From an uncultured cyanobacterium (GTDB lineage Bacteria; Cyanobacteriota; Cyanobacteriia; PCC-9006; JAAUQQ01), in assembly GCA_963718615.1 (NCBI GenBank), contig OY970368.1, positions 192,001-256,000 of the forward strand: DNA of 64,000 nt. The letters are read 5' to 3'. A program made the position numbers and the translations under genes. The notes under the pieces are model-generated. The model saw nothing but the letters and a program-made list of their open reading frames with translations. It was not told where the DNA came from and did not search any database. Of this stretch, positions 10,991 through 20,121 are shown piece by piece. The number at the start of each line of letters is the position of its first letter. Position 1 is the stretch's first letter.

Positions 10991-11036
10991 AGCGCCCAAA
11001 GAAAAACTCTCAAAGAGATTCAGACCGCTGCCACCT

Positions 11037-12182
11037 CTAAGCCGTCTCCGCTACCGCACTGGCATGTTGCCCATTTCCCCAAGGACGCAGTTCGGTCAAA
11101 CGATACTCAATCCGCCCTTCCCCCGTCACCTGATTCATTTTGACCATTTCCTGAATCTTCGCCGTGTAGATAGTTTTGTTGAGCGTGATGTCGATGTGAC
11201 TGCCTAACACGCCATCCGCACACCTCCCCGAATAAGTCTTATTCTCAACCATATCCCGAATTTCAAACGTCTGACTGGTTGTGCTGGCAGAAAGCAAAGG
11301 CCCCTTAATCAAAAAATCCTCCGGTGCTTCCACCTCCATCCGCGTCACTGTGCCCAAAGCCCTCAGTGCTGTTTCAGAAGACAATCGGGCCACTCCACCC
11401 TTATTCTCCACTGGAGACCCCCATTCCAACTGCACATCAGTCTCAGCATCGACGATCGCCTGGAGGAACTTGCGATAACGCCCCGCACAACGCCGCTTCA
11501 GCTCCATCAGCAATTCCTGCAACTGCTCATCCTGGTCGCTGCCATTGAGCAACTGTATCAACGACTCCAGACTACTTTCTGCCAGAGGAACTTCAAACAA
11601 ATCTGGCTGTATCAAGGACGGCATAACCGCTAAGCGCAACCCAAAAGAACCGCGAAAGGTTGTTAGTATCGATAGCTGAGTCTGTTCAGTAATCTTTCCT
11701 GCAATTCTTCCGTAAGGGTTAGCTCGTCCCGCTTTCACCTCCCCAATAGCATCTAAAGTATCCTGAAACGTCGTCAGAATTGCCCCTAACCGTTTAGCTG
11801 GAGCCTCGACAGGGCTATATGTTGCTGCCTCAGAAAAGTAGAAATGCAGATTCAGGATGTCCCGTTCCTGTGCGCGAGCGAGGTACGCTGCGCTGATGAG
11901 GTCATTGAGAATTTCTGCTTCCGAACGCTGCTCCGCAACGGACAGGGAACGCACCACGTCGTACATGCGATCGGCAAAGTCCATCAAATCACGTTTTAAG
12001 GGCAGCAGCAGTACAAAACCCTCACTCTCCGCCTGCTCCTTCCGCCAGACTTCATAGTTCTCGAATTCCTGTCCAGCACCTTGATCTGCCTGTTTCTGCC
12101 ACTGCTGATGCCGCAGATAGTCCTTCACGATCTGCGGTTCCAGAGCTTCGAATTGTTCTATCGTCAACATCGGGGTGTTCAT
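11037..12182 (-). CDS. Hypothetical protein translationally coupled to the DUF4365 gene
   Basis: 381-aa ORF, ATGA overlap with the upstream gene, TFRGSFG motif. Confidence 0.8.
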   Translation of the reverse strand: MNTPMLTIEQFEALEPQIVKDYLRHQQWQKQADQGAGQEFENYEVWRKEQAESEGFVLLLPLKRDLMDFADRMYDVVRSLSVAEQRSEAEILNDLISAAYLARAQERDILNLHFYFSEAATYSPVEAPAKRLGAILTTFQDTLDAIGEVKAGRANPYGRIAGKITEQTQLSILTTFRGSFGLRLAVMPSLIQPDLFEVPLAESSLESLIQLLNGSDQDEQLQELLMELKRRCAGRYRKFLQAIVDAETDVQLEWGSPVENKGGVARLSSETALRALGTVTRMEVEAPEDFLIKGPLLSASTTSQTFEIRDMVENKTYSGRCADGVLGSHIDITLNKTIYTAKIQEMVKMNQVTGEGRIEYRLTELRPWGNGQHASAVAETA

Positions 12183-12700
12183 AGAGGCTGTGAGTTAGCA
12201 ATACGCTGCATCAGGGTTTGGACAGCTTCTGGAGTCAGTAGATTCTTGCGTGGAATGTGAACAGAAATCGTTCCTTTGTTATCAGTTGCAGCTTCTCCAG
12301 CCAACGAAAGCCAATAGGCACATTTTCGAATTTTGGTTTCCTCCTCCGTAATATCCAGCCAGTTCTCAACATCTGGCGGAACGAGCATAACAATCAGAAG
12401 CTGCGGAGTAGAGAGAACAGGGACTGCAGGCCAAGGGTGAATCAATCTCCTATAGTTTTTGACGGGAAGCGGAAAGCTGAGATAGTCTGCCCGTATAAGG
12501 CTGGAATTCGTGGTGCATTTTACCTGAGCATCAAATCGAGGCGACAGCATCCGCCCGACAGTGCCAGGAGCTTCCACGCCAATGTCAATACCTACATTAT
12601 CCATAGCCGTAGGTTTCCTGTGGATGCTGTAGCCTGCGGCCGTGACGATCGCTTCGAGGTAGGCATAGCTAAATTCTTCCTGCTGAGTGGTGATATGCAT
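12179..12700 (-). CDS. DUF4365 domain protein (PD-(D/E)XK nuclease-like)
   Basis: QEEFSYAY, D.VGID, AQVKCT, CAYWLSL.G. Confidence 0.85.
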   Translation of the reverse strand: MHITTQQEEFSYAYLEAIVTAAGYSIHRKPTAMDNVGIDIGVEAPGTVGRMLSPRFDAQVKCTTNSSLIRADYLSFPLPVKNYRRLIHPWPAVPVLSTPQLLIVMLVPPDVENWLDITEEETKIRKCAYWLSLAGEAATDNKGTISVHIPRKNLLTPEAVQTLMQRIANSQPL

Positions 12701-12789
12701 TCTTGAGGCTTAACAGCAATCTCGGCGATCGCACCATATGAAGGAGAAGGTCTGTCTACTATTATCATTAAGATTAGAATAGACAAGCT

Positions 12790-15618
12790 TTAAACAGTTA
12801 GTTTTTCCTGCTCCACCCAGCAGCGCATGAGCTCAACGACGAAGGTATAGCGGCCTTCGCTCAGGTGGATGACATCATGCCTTTGCAACAGGCTTAGGGC
12901 TTCGGTGACCTGAGCGCTTTCAAAATCTAGCTGTCTTGCTGCGAGCCTTTGCGCTAGCGCTGGGGCCGTGAGGCCGTTGGGATGTGGGCACAGCCCCTGG
13001 AGGATGGCGATTTGTTCGGCGGCGTGTTCTTCTTGGCATTGGCTCCAGACGCCGCTGAAGTAGGCGTTGCCGTCGCGGAAGAAGTCGGGGCTTTGGATGA
13101 TTTCTTGAACGTCGTTGAGGGTGAGGCGGGGTTCGATTTCCTGGCCTTCTTCGAAGCGTTGGCGGTTGAAGCGGCTGATGAGGCTGTGACAGATCAGTTG
13201 GATGAGGTAGGGTTGGCCGCCGGTGAGGGTGTAGATTTCGTGAATGGCGTCGCGATCGTAATCGAGCGGGAAGTCGTCGGTGGGGTTGGTGATCAGGCGT
13301 TCTGCGGCTTTTTCGCTGAGCACACCCACGGGTACGGCGGTGACGTTGCCAAACAGGGGGTTCCAGTAGTCTTGGGTCATTTCTTGCAAGGACGCAAGGC
13401 CCGCAAAGGCGAGGATAAACCAGGGGTAGGTGACGATCAGGCTGCGCCAGTATTCAATCAGGTAGGGGGCGATGATTTCCTGTTGGATTAAGCGTTTTTC
13501 TAGGATTTCAAATTCGTCGATGGTGATGATGTAGCGGGTTTGGTGGCGTTGTCGATCGGGGGATTGGTCGAGTTTTCTGAGGAAGCGATCGAGCGCGCTG
13601 TAAGGGTTGCGGTGTAGAAAGTTCTCTTCGTTGGGTTCTTCGAGTTCTGTGTTGTCGGGGAGGCTGTCGTGCAGGGCGGTGGCGAGGTTGTAGAGGAGTT
13701 CGCCGACGTTTTCGACCATGCCGACGCGTTGCAGGTTGAAGTCGATGATTTGGGTGTTTTGGCCGAGGTGTCCTTTTAGGTTTTGCAGGATGGAGGTTTT
13801 GCCCATGCGGCGGTGGCCGTAGAGGATGACGGAGGGGAGTTGGCCTTGGGGCATCCAGAGTTCTTCGAGGCGGCTGAGGATGTCTTCGCGTCCGACGAAA
13901 AGTTGGCCGCGCACGGGGGGGCCGACGACGTAGGGGTTGGCGATGGGGCTGAGGATTTGGGCTTGGCCGACGGCTCCGGCGGCGGTGGTGATGATTTCGC
14001 GCCATTGGTGGATGATGCGGTGGAGCAGTTTTTGTTCGGGGTAGCCGGGGGGGATGCGATCGGTGACGAATTGGTCGAGGGTTTGCAGGTCGGCGTCGGC
14101 GCGGGCGAGAGCGGCGAGTTGGTTGACGCGGCTGCTGGCGGTGGTGGCGATGCGGATTTCTTGGCTAATTTGGCCGAGGGTGGTGAGGACGCGGATGATG
14201 TTGGGGCGAATGTAGGTTTGAGAGGATACGAAGGCAGAACGTGAGGGACAAACTGCTGAAATTTGGTCCAACGAGTTTGCTTCCATAAAATTTTTAATGT
14301 CAGTCAATGAATTCCATAGCTCGTGATACCCTTCAAATTCTGAGAGAGCATGAATGTCAGATTCTAAATAGTTAGAAATCACAGAAATTTCATCTGGCAA
14401 GTCGAGAAAAAGAATCCTATAGAATATGGCAACAAGCCTAGTAGTGCCGTAGATTTCATCACCATGACTTCTTTTTGTGTTTTCTAAAGCACAAAATTTC
14501 TTTTCCTTCTTAAGCTCTCCTAATTTATATGGAAATGCCTTCAGTATTACCTGTATCCTAGTCGGTCGCATTAGTGAATATTCTTGGACTTGCTTTCCCA
14601 AAGAAACAATTCTTTCTTGAAAAGAGTTTTCTTGCAAAACAGAATATAGTTCTAATATAAAATTATCTACTTCGCTAAATATTTTTTCTAGCCATAACTC
14701 TTGTACGAGATCATGAGCGCCGCGCCTCTCCAGTAGAAGGCAGATTGAGTTGACATCTTGATTTAAGTTGATTTCTTTTAAGAAGCGATGAGTAGCTTCA
14801 TTCGTTCTAGGTACAACGATACGTGTGGGATGCTCGACAAAAAGATAGTCCCAGAATAATGGGTGTAGTCTGATATTAAAGAAAGAAAAGAAACCTAAAA
14901 GAATATATACGGGTACTTTCAATACTGGAAATACCGCATAAAGAGAATAAATGACAGCGCTCGAAATTACTGTAGAAAGAAAATTGGCCCAATGGCTCGT
15001 AGATATAATATCTAGACTTATTAACTTGAAAGATTCATCATGAAAGAATAAGCCACTACTCCAAAGAGTAACCATAATGGCACCGCTCAAGATGGCAGAT
15101 GTTTCTCCTCCAATAATTGATGTGACACTAAAAATATCACTCATTGCAAAAACTGAAAAAACCGGATGAATGAGCGTTAAAGCATGAAATATTCCAAAAA
15201 TGATTGTAAAGGTTGCTATTATAGATGCGTGATCGGAGGGTTTTGTCTCAACAGATGATTTGTATAAAATCCAGCTAGATAAGCATCCAATAGTGAACCC
15301 TGAAATAGTAGACTGGAAAGCAGAATATGGATTTTTTGATGCATAGCCAGCTATAGAGGCAGACAGAAATACAAGCAGCATGGATATTGTCCAACAGGTT
15401 CTTGCTGCGGGAATGTGCCATATTTGAGAAAGAACTTTCGTCCAGCTTGCCTCCCTGGCCCAAGATAAGTTTGTTGTTACGTCAATAAAATAACTTTGTA
15501 TGCTAATAGGACGAAAATAGCAACAGAATAAAAGGCGTAAATAATGAGAAGGATTGAGAATTTTTAGTGGTCGTGGTAGAAAAATATCCTGGCTCTTTAA
15601 TTCTCTCGTCATTTTCAT
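12790..15618 (-). CDS. Multi-TM N-terminus fused to a STAND-like P-loop ATPase with probable winged-helix C-terminus
   Basis: Several hydrophobic helices in the first ~250 aa; NPYVVGPPV, FVGRE, Walker A GHRRMGKTS, Walker B IITIDEFE, TGGQPYLIQL. Confidence 0.85.
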   Translation of the reverse strand: MKMTRELKSQDIFLPRPLKILNPSHYLRLLFCCYFRPISIQSYFIDVTTNLSWAREASWTKVLSQIWHIPAARTCWTISMLLVFLSASIAGYASKNPYSAFQSTISGFTIGCLSSWILYKSSVETKPSDHASIIATFTIIFGIFHALTLIHPVFSVFAMSDIFSVTSIIGGETSAILSGAIMVTLWSSGLFFHDESFKLISLDIISTSHWANFLSTVISSAVIYSLYAVFPVLKVPVYILLGFFSFFNIRLHPLFWDYLFVEHPTRIVVPRTNEATHRFLKEINLNQDVNSICLLLERRGAHDLVQELWLEKIFSEVDNFILELYSVLQENSFQERIVSLGKQVQEYSLMRPTRIQVILKAFPYKLGELKKEKKFCALENTKRSHGDEIYGTTRLVAIFYRILFLDLPDEISVISNYLESDIHALSEFEGYHELWNSLTDIKNFMEANSLDQISAVCPSRSAFVSSQTYIRPNIIRVLTTLGQISQEIRIATTASSRVNQLAALARADADLQTLDQFVTDRIPPGYPEQKLLHRIIHQWREIITTAAGAVGQAQILSPIANPYVVGPPVRGQLFVGREDILSRLEELWMPQGQLPSVILYGHRRMGKTSILQNLKGHLGQNTQIIDFNLQRVGMVENVGELLYNLATALHDSLPDNTELEEPNEENFLHRNPYSALDRFLRKLDQSPDRQRHQTRYIITIDEFEILEKRLIQQEIIAPYLIEYWRSLIVTYPWFILAFAGLASLQEMTQDYWNPLFGNVTAVPVGVLSEKAAERLITNPTDDFPLDYDRDAIHEIYTLTGGQPYLIQLICHSLISRFNRQRFEEGQEIEPRLTLNDVQEIIQSPDFFRDGNAYFSGVWSQCQEEHAAEQIAILQGLCPHPNGLTAPALAQRLAARQLDFESAQVTEALSLLQRHDVIHLSEGRYTFVVELMRCWVEQEKLTV

Positions 15619-15650
15619 TCCCAGCGTAATTTGCTTAACCTACACATGCT

Positions 15651-16004
15651 TCACTGGTGAACCACGATCGCCGCTCGGCTCAACTCTACATAAGAATTCT
15701 GCTCTAGCAACTCAACACATCGCTCCAGATTCTGCCGAAACAACTCCTCCAGCTCAGAATTCCTGACATTTCCCGTCGTCACCAGCAACAGCTTGAACGG
15801 CTGCCCAACCGTCAGGAAGGAATTCACAAAATCCACATCCTTTGTAATCACAACCCGTTCTTCCTGCATCGAAAGCTGATTGATAAAACCATCCGACGTT
15901 GCATTCTGGTCTGGCAAATCTCGCGTATGCAACACATCATATCCCTGCGTCGCTAACCACCGCGCCAGCCTCAGCGGAAGCTGTGCATCCACCAAAAACT
16001 TCAT
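15651..16004 (-). CDS. DUF5615 family PIN-like protein (putative toxin)
   Basis: MKFLVDAQLP, RVVITKD.DF; ATGA overlap with DUF433. Confidence 0.9.
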   Translation of the reverse strand: MKFLVDAQLPLRLARWLATQGYDVLHTRDLPDQNATSDGFINQLSMQEERVVITKDVDFVNSFLTVGQPFKLLLVTTGNVRNSELEELFRQNLERCVELLEQNSYVELSRAAIVVHQ

Positions 16005-16258
16005 GCCGCAATCCGATACACACTTTTCACCTGAGCCAACCTCGTCGCAAACAACAGTACCGCCGTAATATCATCAGCCTCCAAATCATCATAATCCTCC
16101 AAAATCTCCCCCCGATTCATCCCCGCCCCCAACAGCTCCAAAATCATCTCCACCGGATACCGCAACCCCCGAACACAGGGCTTCCCATGACAAATCTCGG
16201 GATTAATCGTAATGCGCTGAAGTAAATCAGAATTCATCATTGCCATTATCTCATCCAC
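16001..16258 (-). CDS. DUF433 domain protein (putative antitoxin)
   Basis: RITINPEICHGKPCVRGLR, EILEDY..LE. Confidence 0.92.
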   Translation of the reverse strand: MDEIMAMMNSDLLQRITINPEICHGKPCVRGLRYPVEMILELLGAGMNRGEILEDYDDLEADDITAVLLFATRLAQVKSVYRIAA

Positions 16259-16290
16259 CTAAAACACACAAACCCTGCTCAACATCCCCA

Positions 16291-16626
16291 TCAACCCACC
16301 GCAAACTCCGTAAACTGACGCTTAAACGGAGACTGAAACCCCAACACAATATCCATTTTGGCAACTCCCAAAGCCATCAATTCATCTGTAATATCAAACT
16401 CCGTCCCATTGTGCTGAATCCAAACCTTGTCTTTGTAAATATCAATGTGCAAAATACAGCCATAAACTCGCCGCTCCCCTTGCCAGCCCACATTGACAAG
16501 CTGATAATGATCCCCCTCTCCATCAAAAACTGCTTCAGATCGAATGCCCTTTTCCTCTGACTTCTCATCTCGATGATTCAAAATCACTGTCCGAATCGCC
16601 TTACGATACGTATCTAGCCGCTCCAT
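16291..16626 (-). CDS. xisI: XisI family protein
   Basis: HYQLVNVGW, GCILHIDI, KVWIQHNGTE, DIVLGF. Confidence 0.93.
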   Translation of the reverse strand: MERLDTYRKAIRTVILNHRDEKSEEKGIRSEAVFDGEGDHYQLVNVGWQGERRVYGCILHIDIYKDKVWIQHNGTEFDITDELMALGVAKMDIVLGFQSPFKRQFTEFAVG

Positions 16627-17030
16627 AACGTAATCTCCTCTTGCACAGAACTGTAAACAATCAACGGGATCTGATTCTGCTGAATCACAGCCTGGGTGAA
16701 TGGCTGCTGGAAAAAATCATTGTACGTATCCAAGGGGACTGCCAGGTACAGCTTACGATCAGGCTCCTGAGCCCCTAGCATTGTTCGGTAGCTGATGAAC
16801 TGCCCCACTGCTCCATGGAAACTGTAGACCGTAGATTTTTCCAGAAAACTCTTAATTTCTACCGCGATCTTTTCATCCTCTCGATCCGCAGCAACGACCC
16901 GATCTGCTGCCAAATCAATCTTCAGCTCAACCCGCTCCCAAGTGAGCCTGAGGGGATCCTCTACAATCCGCCACCCCTGCTTCTGAAGAGCTGTTTTAAC
17001 CGCATCATGAAAGAGGTCTTTTGCTGTCAT
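16614..17030 (-). CDS. xisH: XisH family protein (endonuclease-like fold)
   Basis: AKDLFHDAVKTAL, IDLAA, KIAVEIKSF, LYLAVP. Confidence 0.93.
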   Translation of the reverse strand: MTAKDLFHDAVKTALQKQGWRIVEDPLRLTWERVELKIDLAADRVVAADREDEKIAVEIKSFLEKSTVYSFHGAVGQFISYRTMLGAQEPDRKLYLAVPLDTYNDFFQQPFTQAVIQQNQIPLIVYSSVQEEITLWSG

Positions 17031-17038
17031 ACCAAATT

Positions 17039-17431
17039 CTACGCCACCTGCTCAACCAAATCATAGGGCTGAATCAAAACCTCCGCCGGAATCCCCAGAT
17101 GCCGATTCAGCCCCCGAATCATCTCCAGCGTCAGCCCCACCCGACGCCCCAACACCGCCTCAACCCACTCCGCTCCTCCCAACCAAACCTCCAAATCCCC
17201 CCGAGACAACCCTCGCGCCTCCAGATAATACAAAATCGCCTCCACCGGCTCAGGCAAAGGCATCTCGCAATGCTCCGCCTCATAGACCTCGACTAAGGTC
17301 ACCAACACCTCTAAGCGATTTCCCTCCGGTGTCCCCACAGGCGCATCAAACAATGCCTCGACTTCCTGCAACGCAGCCTGGTAGTCTTCCTCGGTTTTAA
17401 TCGGACGAATCTCAACCAACATAAGCCACAC
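17039..17431 (-). CDS. higA: HigA-type antitoxin (HTH)
   Basis: IRPIKTEEDY, LEVLVTLVEVYE, LTLEMIR, LGIPAEVLI; directly downstream of higB. Confidence 0.88.
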   Translation of the reverse strand: MWLMLVEIRPIKTEEDYQAALQEVEALFDAPVGTPEGNRLEVLVTLVEVYEAEHCEMPLPEPVEAILYYLEARGLSRGDLEVWLGGAEWVEAVLGRRVGLTLEMIRGLNRHLGIPAEVLIQPYDLVEQVA

Positions 17432-17432
17432 C

Positions 17433-17726
17433 TCAAATCGTCTCTACATCAACGTTGTCGTACTCGCGATGGGTTCCGACGAACCGAACAAAGATAATTC
17501 CGATGTCATATCGAACATGCACCACCAATCGATAATCATTACCTTTGATGTTAAAAACAACACGGTTATTACCCACAATGCTAGCGTTTCGGTACTTTGT
17601 CTTCACCTCAGTAGGCGTTTGCCATACCGCCCGCGCTGCTTCTGCGTACCACGCTAGCAGCGGTTGCTTCGCTTTTGGGTGAACTTCCCAAAACTGCCTC
17701 AGTGTACTTTTAGCAATAATTCTCAT
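17433..17726 (-). CDS. higB: HigB-type mRNA interferase toxin
   Basis: MRIIAKSTLRQFW, VFNIKGNDYRL, RFVGTH.EYD. Confidence 0.92.
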   Translation of the reverse strand: MRIIAKSTLRQFWEVHPKAKQPLLAWYAEAARAVWQTPTEVKTKYRNASIVGNNRVVFNIKGNDYRLVVHVRYDIGIIFVRFVGTHREYDNVDVETI

Positions 17727-18991
17727 CCCTGCGTTAGTTCCTCATAAAGCTTCGCCGCTGCGCGTTGGAGCGATCGCAAATTCCCCCGACTCTCCGCCCA
17801 CAACAACCGTTCCTGCTCCGCCGAACCCATAACCCCCGTTCCCGCCACCCCCTCCTGCCAAAACGCCATCACCTCCGCTTCCGTGAGGAGATTCACCCGC
17901 GTCGTTTGGCCATCAAAAAAATCCGCCAAGGGCGAAGACCGAGTGGGACTATCGGGAAACAGCTCCCGCAACTCTCGCTGACTGGCCACCACAAGCTGAA
18001 GCGGCGAATTGGGCAAATCCGCCATGCCCTTGAGCCAGTTGCGCGTCGGTTCTGGGAAAAACGCCTCATTGGACAACACATGAATTTCGTCAAGGCAGAG
18101 AACATAACGCCGCTGTTGTCGGAGCAGTTGCCGTTCTAGCCGATATTGCGTACAGGGCTCCAGTTCCAGCGCATCGCAAAGCCGCTCGAAAAAACTATGT
18201 TCGTCCCGGACGCGGTGCATATCGAGGTTGATGAACTCTGCGGGCGATCGCCCCAACCGCTCCGGCCCCAAACCACAAATCATCTGCAAAATCGAAGATT
18301 TACCGCTCTGGGGTGGCCCGATCAAGGCCCGACTGCTGCCCTTGCCCAACTCCTCAAAAATCTGTCGCAATAGCTCCTGGCGTCCCCAAAATTTAGCCGG
18401 ATCGGCGATCGCCCGTGTTTCTCCAAAGGGATTGGGCAATGCATTTTCCGTCTGAACGAGCTGCGGCAATCGCGCCAAAATCACCGCCATGGGAATCGCC
18501 CCGCCGCCGAGGGATTGGGAGCGATCGCGCGTAAACTTCACCATCCCACACACCCGCCCCGTGCGCAGATTCAGCAACGGCCCACCACTCATCCCCGGAC
18601 GCACCTGCCCCTGCTTAAACTTAATGAAATTCTGCCCCGTAATCCCTTCCACCTCAAAGGTTGCAGGCTCTCCCTCCGGAGTTTCATCAGAATAGCCATA
18701 GAGTGAAACGCGATCGCCTTGCAACACCGACAAATCCAGCTTGGCTGCGATGATCGCCTCTGCCTCCACCTCCAACAACGCCAAATCCGTCGTTTCACAA
18801 CGATCTAAAACCGTCGCCTTGCCCAGCTCTCTGCCATCCCACCGCAAAAATAAATCCGACCCCACATCGCGAACCACATGGGCACAGGTCAACACCCAAC
18901 CCGCACCCACCCAAAAGCCTGTCCCATGGCCGCTCTTGCCGGGACAATAAATCTTCACCGTATATCGTGGCAAATCCTCAGGAGCAATCAC
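17723..18991 (-). CDS. Trypsin-like serine peptidase fused to a STAND-like ATPase
   Basis: Triad LTCAHVV / DLALL / GMSGGP; NPFG...FWGR, Walker A GPPQSGKSS, Walker B VLCLDE. Confidence 0.9.
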   Translation of the reverse strand: MIAPEDLPRYTVKIYCPGKSGHGTGFWVGAGWVLTCAHVVRDVGSDLFLRWDGRELGKATVLDRCETTDLALLEVEAEAIIAAKLDLSVLQGDRVSLYGYSDETPEGEPATFEVEGITGQNFIKFKQGQVRPGMSGGPLLNLRTGRVCGMVKFTRDRSQSLGGGAIPMAVILARLPQLVQTENALPNPFGETRAIADPAKFWGRQELLRQIFEELGKGSSRALIGPPQSGKSSILQMICGLGPERLGRSPAEFINLDMHRVRDEHSFFERLCDALELEPCTQYRLERQLLRQQRRYVLCLDEIHVLSNEAFFPEPTRNWLKGMADLPNSPLQLVVASQRELRELFPDSPTRSSPLADFFDGQTTRVNLLTEAEVMAFWQEGVAGTGVMGSAEQERLLWAESRGNLRSLQRAAAKLYEELTQG

Positions 18992-19344
18992 GCGTTATCT
19001 TGCTGCTCCGGAGGACTTTGCGGCTTCTGGGGTTTGTGCTCCCACTCCATCGTGATTTCCAAATTGCTCTTGCCCTGGCCCCGCACCAGCGCCGCCACCA
19101 AACTCCCCTGCTCAATCTGAATTTCTAGACCAAACTTGACCGTCGCCTTGGTGGGGCGGGCTTTTTGCACGGGTTCCGCGATTGCCTTCAACACTCCCTC
19201 AATCGACTTCGCCACATCCTGAAAAGATAAATCGCCAAAGCTCACATCCTCCCGCCCCTGGGGCACCACCTCAATTTTGAACCGTGTACCGTCTTCGAGG
19301 GTGACGGGGATGGTTTCCGTGCGATCGCCATCAAAGGTCATCAA
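18988..19344 (-). CDS. CU044_2847 / Trypco1-like (trypsin co-occurring domain) protein
   Basis: GREDVS, P.KATVKFGLEI..EQG.L.A.LVRGQGKSNLEITMEW; GTGA overlap with the trypsin gene. Confidence 0.8.
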   Translation of the reverse strand: MMTFDGDRTETIPVTLEDGTRFKIEVVPQGREDVSFGDLSFQDVAKSIEGVLKAIAEPVQKARPTKATVKFGLEIQIEQGSLVAALVRGQGKSNLEITMEWEHKPQKPQSPPEQQDNA

Positions 19345-19415
19345 TAATACCCAATTGCTGATACCGAGACTAGTTTAAGGCATTCGCCTAGATCGAGGCA
19401 GTTCGATCACTCCCC

Positions 19416-19826
19416 CTAAACTTCTTGCCCCTCCTTCATGGTCAAATTAAACGCAGCCTCCGTTAGGACCGCCGAACGGTTGCCGCCATTCACCGCCACA
19501 TACCTATCCAATCGGGCCAAAATCTTCTTCGGCATTGTGATATTGATCCGCCGTACCTCGCCCGCAATTTCAGATGGATCGATTTCAATCAACATAAATA
19601 TTCCATCTCGATAATCTGGATTCTGCTGATGCGCCTCTATCGGTAAAGGATCAGGAATTGGCTCATCATCATTGAGCAAACCTTCCAAATGGAAGAGAAT
19701 GGCTTCCCGCGTCATCTTCAAAACTTCATCCATCGTTGAGCCAGCGGAAAAACAACCCGGAAGGTCAGGCACCGTCACACCGTAATCAGAATCTAGATCT
19801 TTATGAATAACGACTAAATAATGCAT
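19416..19826 (-). CDS. hicB: HicB antitoxin with C-terminal RHH domain
   Basis: YGVTVPDLPGCFSAG, RINITMP, NRSAVL. Confidence 0.92.
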   Translation of the reverse strand: MHYLVVIHKDLDSDYGVTVPDLPGCFSAGSTMDEVLKMTREAILFHLEGLLNDDEPIPDPLPIEAHQQNPDYRDGIFMLIEIDPSEIAGEVRRINITMPKKILARLDRYVAVNGGNRSAVLTEAAFNLTMKEGQEV

Positions 19827-19850
19827 ATGTCTTAGCGATCGCACTCTCTA

Positions 19851-20042
19851 CTAACGCTTTTGCCAATCCCATCCTGCCTGCTTGTAAATACTTCTAAGGG
19901 TCCCAACTGGGAAATCCTTCTTGGGATGAGGCACCGTAACCCGCTTACCGTCTTTTTTAAACTGTCGGTGACTGCCACCGCTAGTCTTGACCTCTTGCCA
20001 ATCCTCCTGCATCAGTCTGGCAATGATTTCCCGACTACTCAT
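19851..20042 (-). CDS. hicA: HicA toxin
   Basis: GSHRQFK, VTVPHPKKD, GTLRSIYKQAG. Confidence 0.92.
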   Translation of the reverse strand: MSSREIIARLMQEDWQEVKTSGGSHRQFKKDGKRVTVPHPKKDFPVGTLRSIYKQAGWDWQKR

Positions 20043-20121
20043 GCATTTCAACGATGAGGTATATACACACTATACACATAGAAACACATCTAGACTCGTG
20101 GGAGCTACCTTTGCATGGGTA

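Noticed and set aside
11037-20042. Integron or cassette-array interpretation of the TA cluster
   Set aside because: No integrase, and no shared attC-like repeat is visible in the short spacers.
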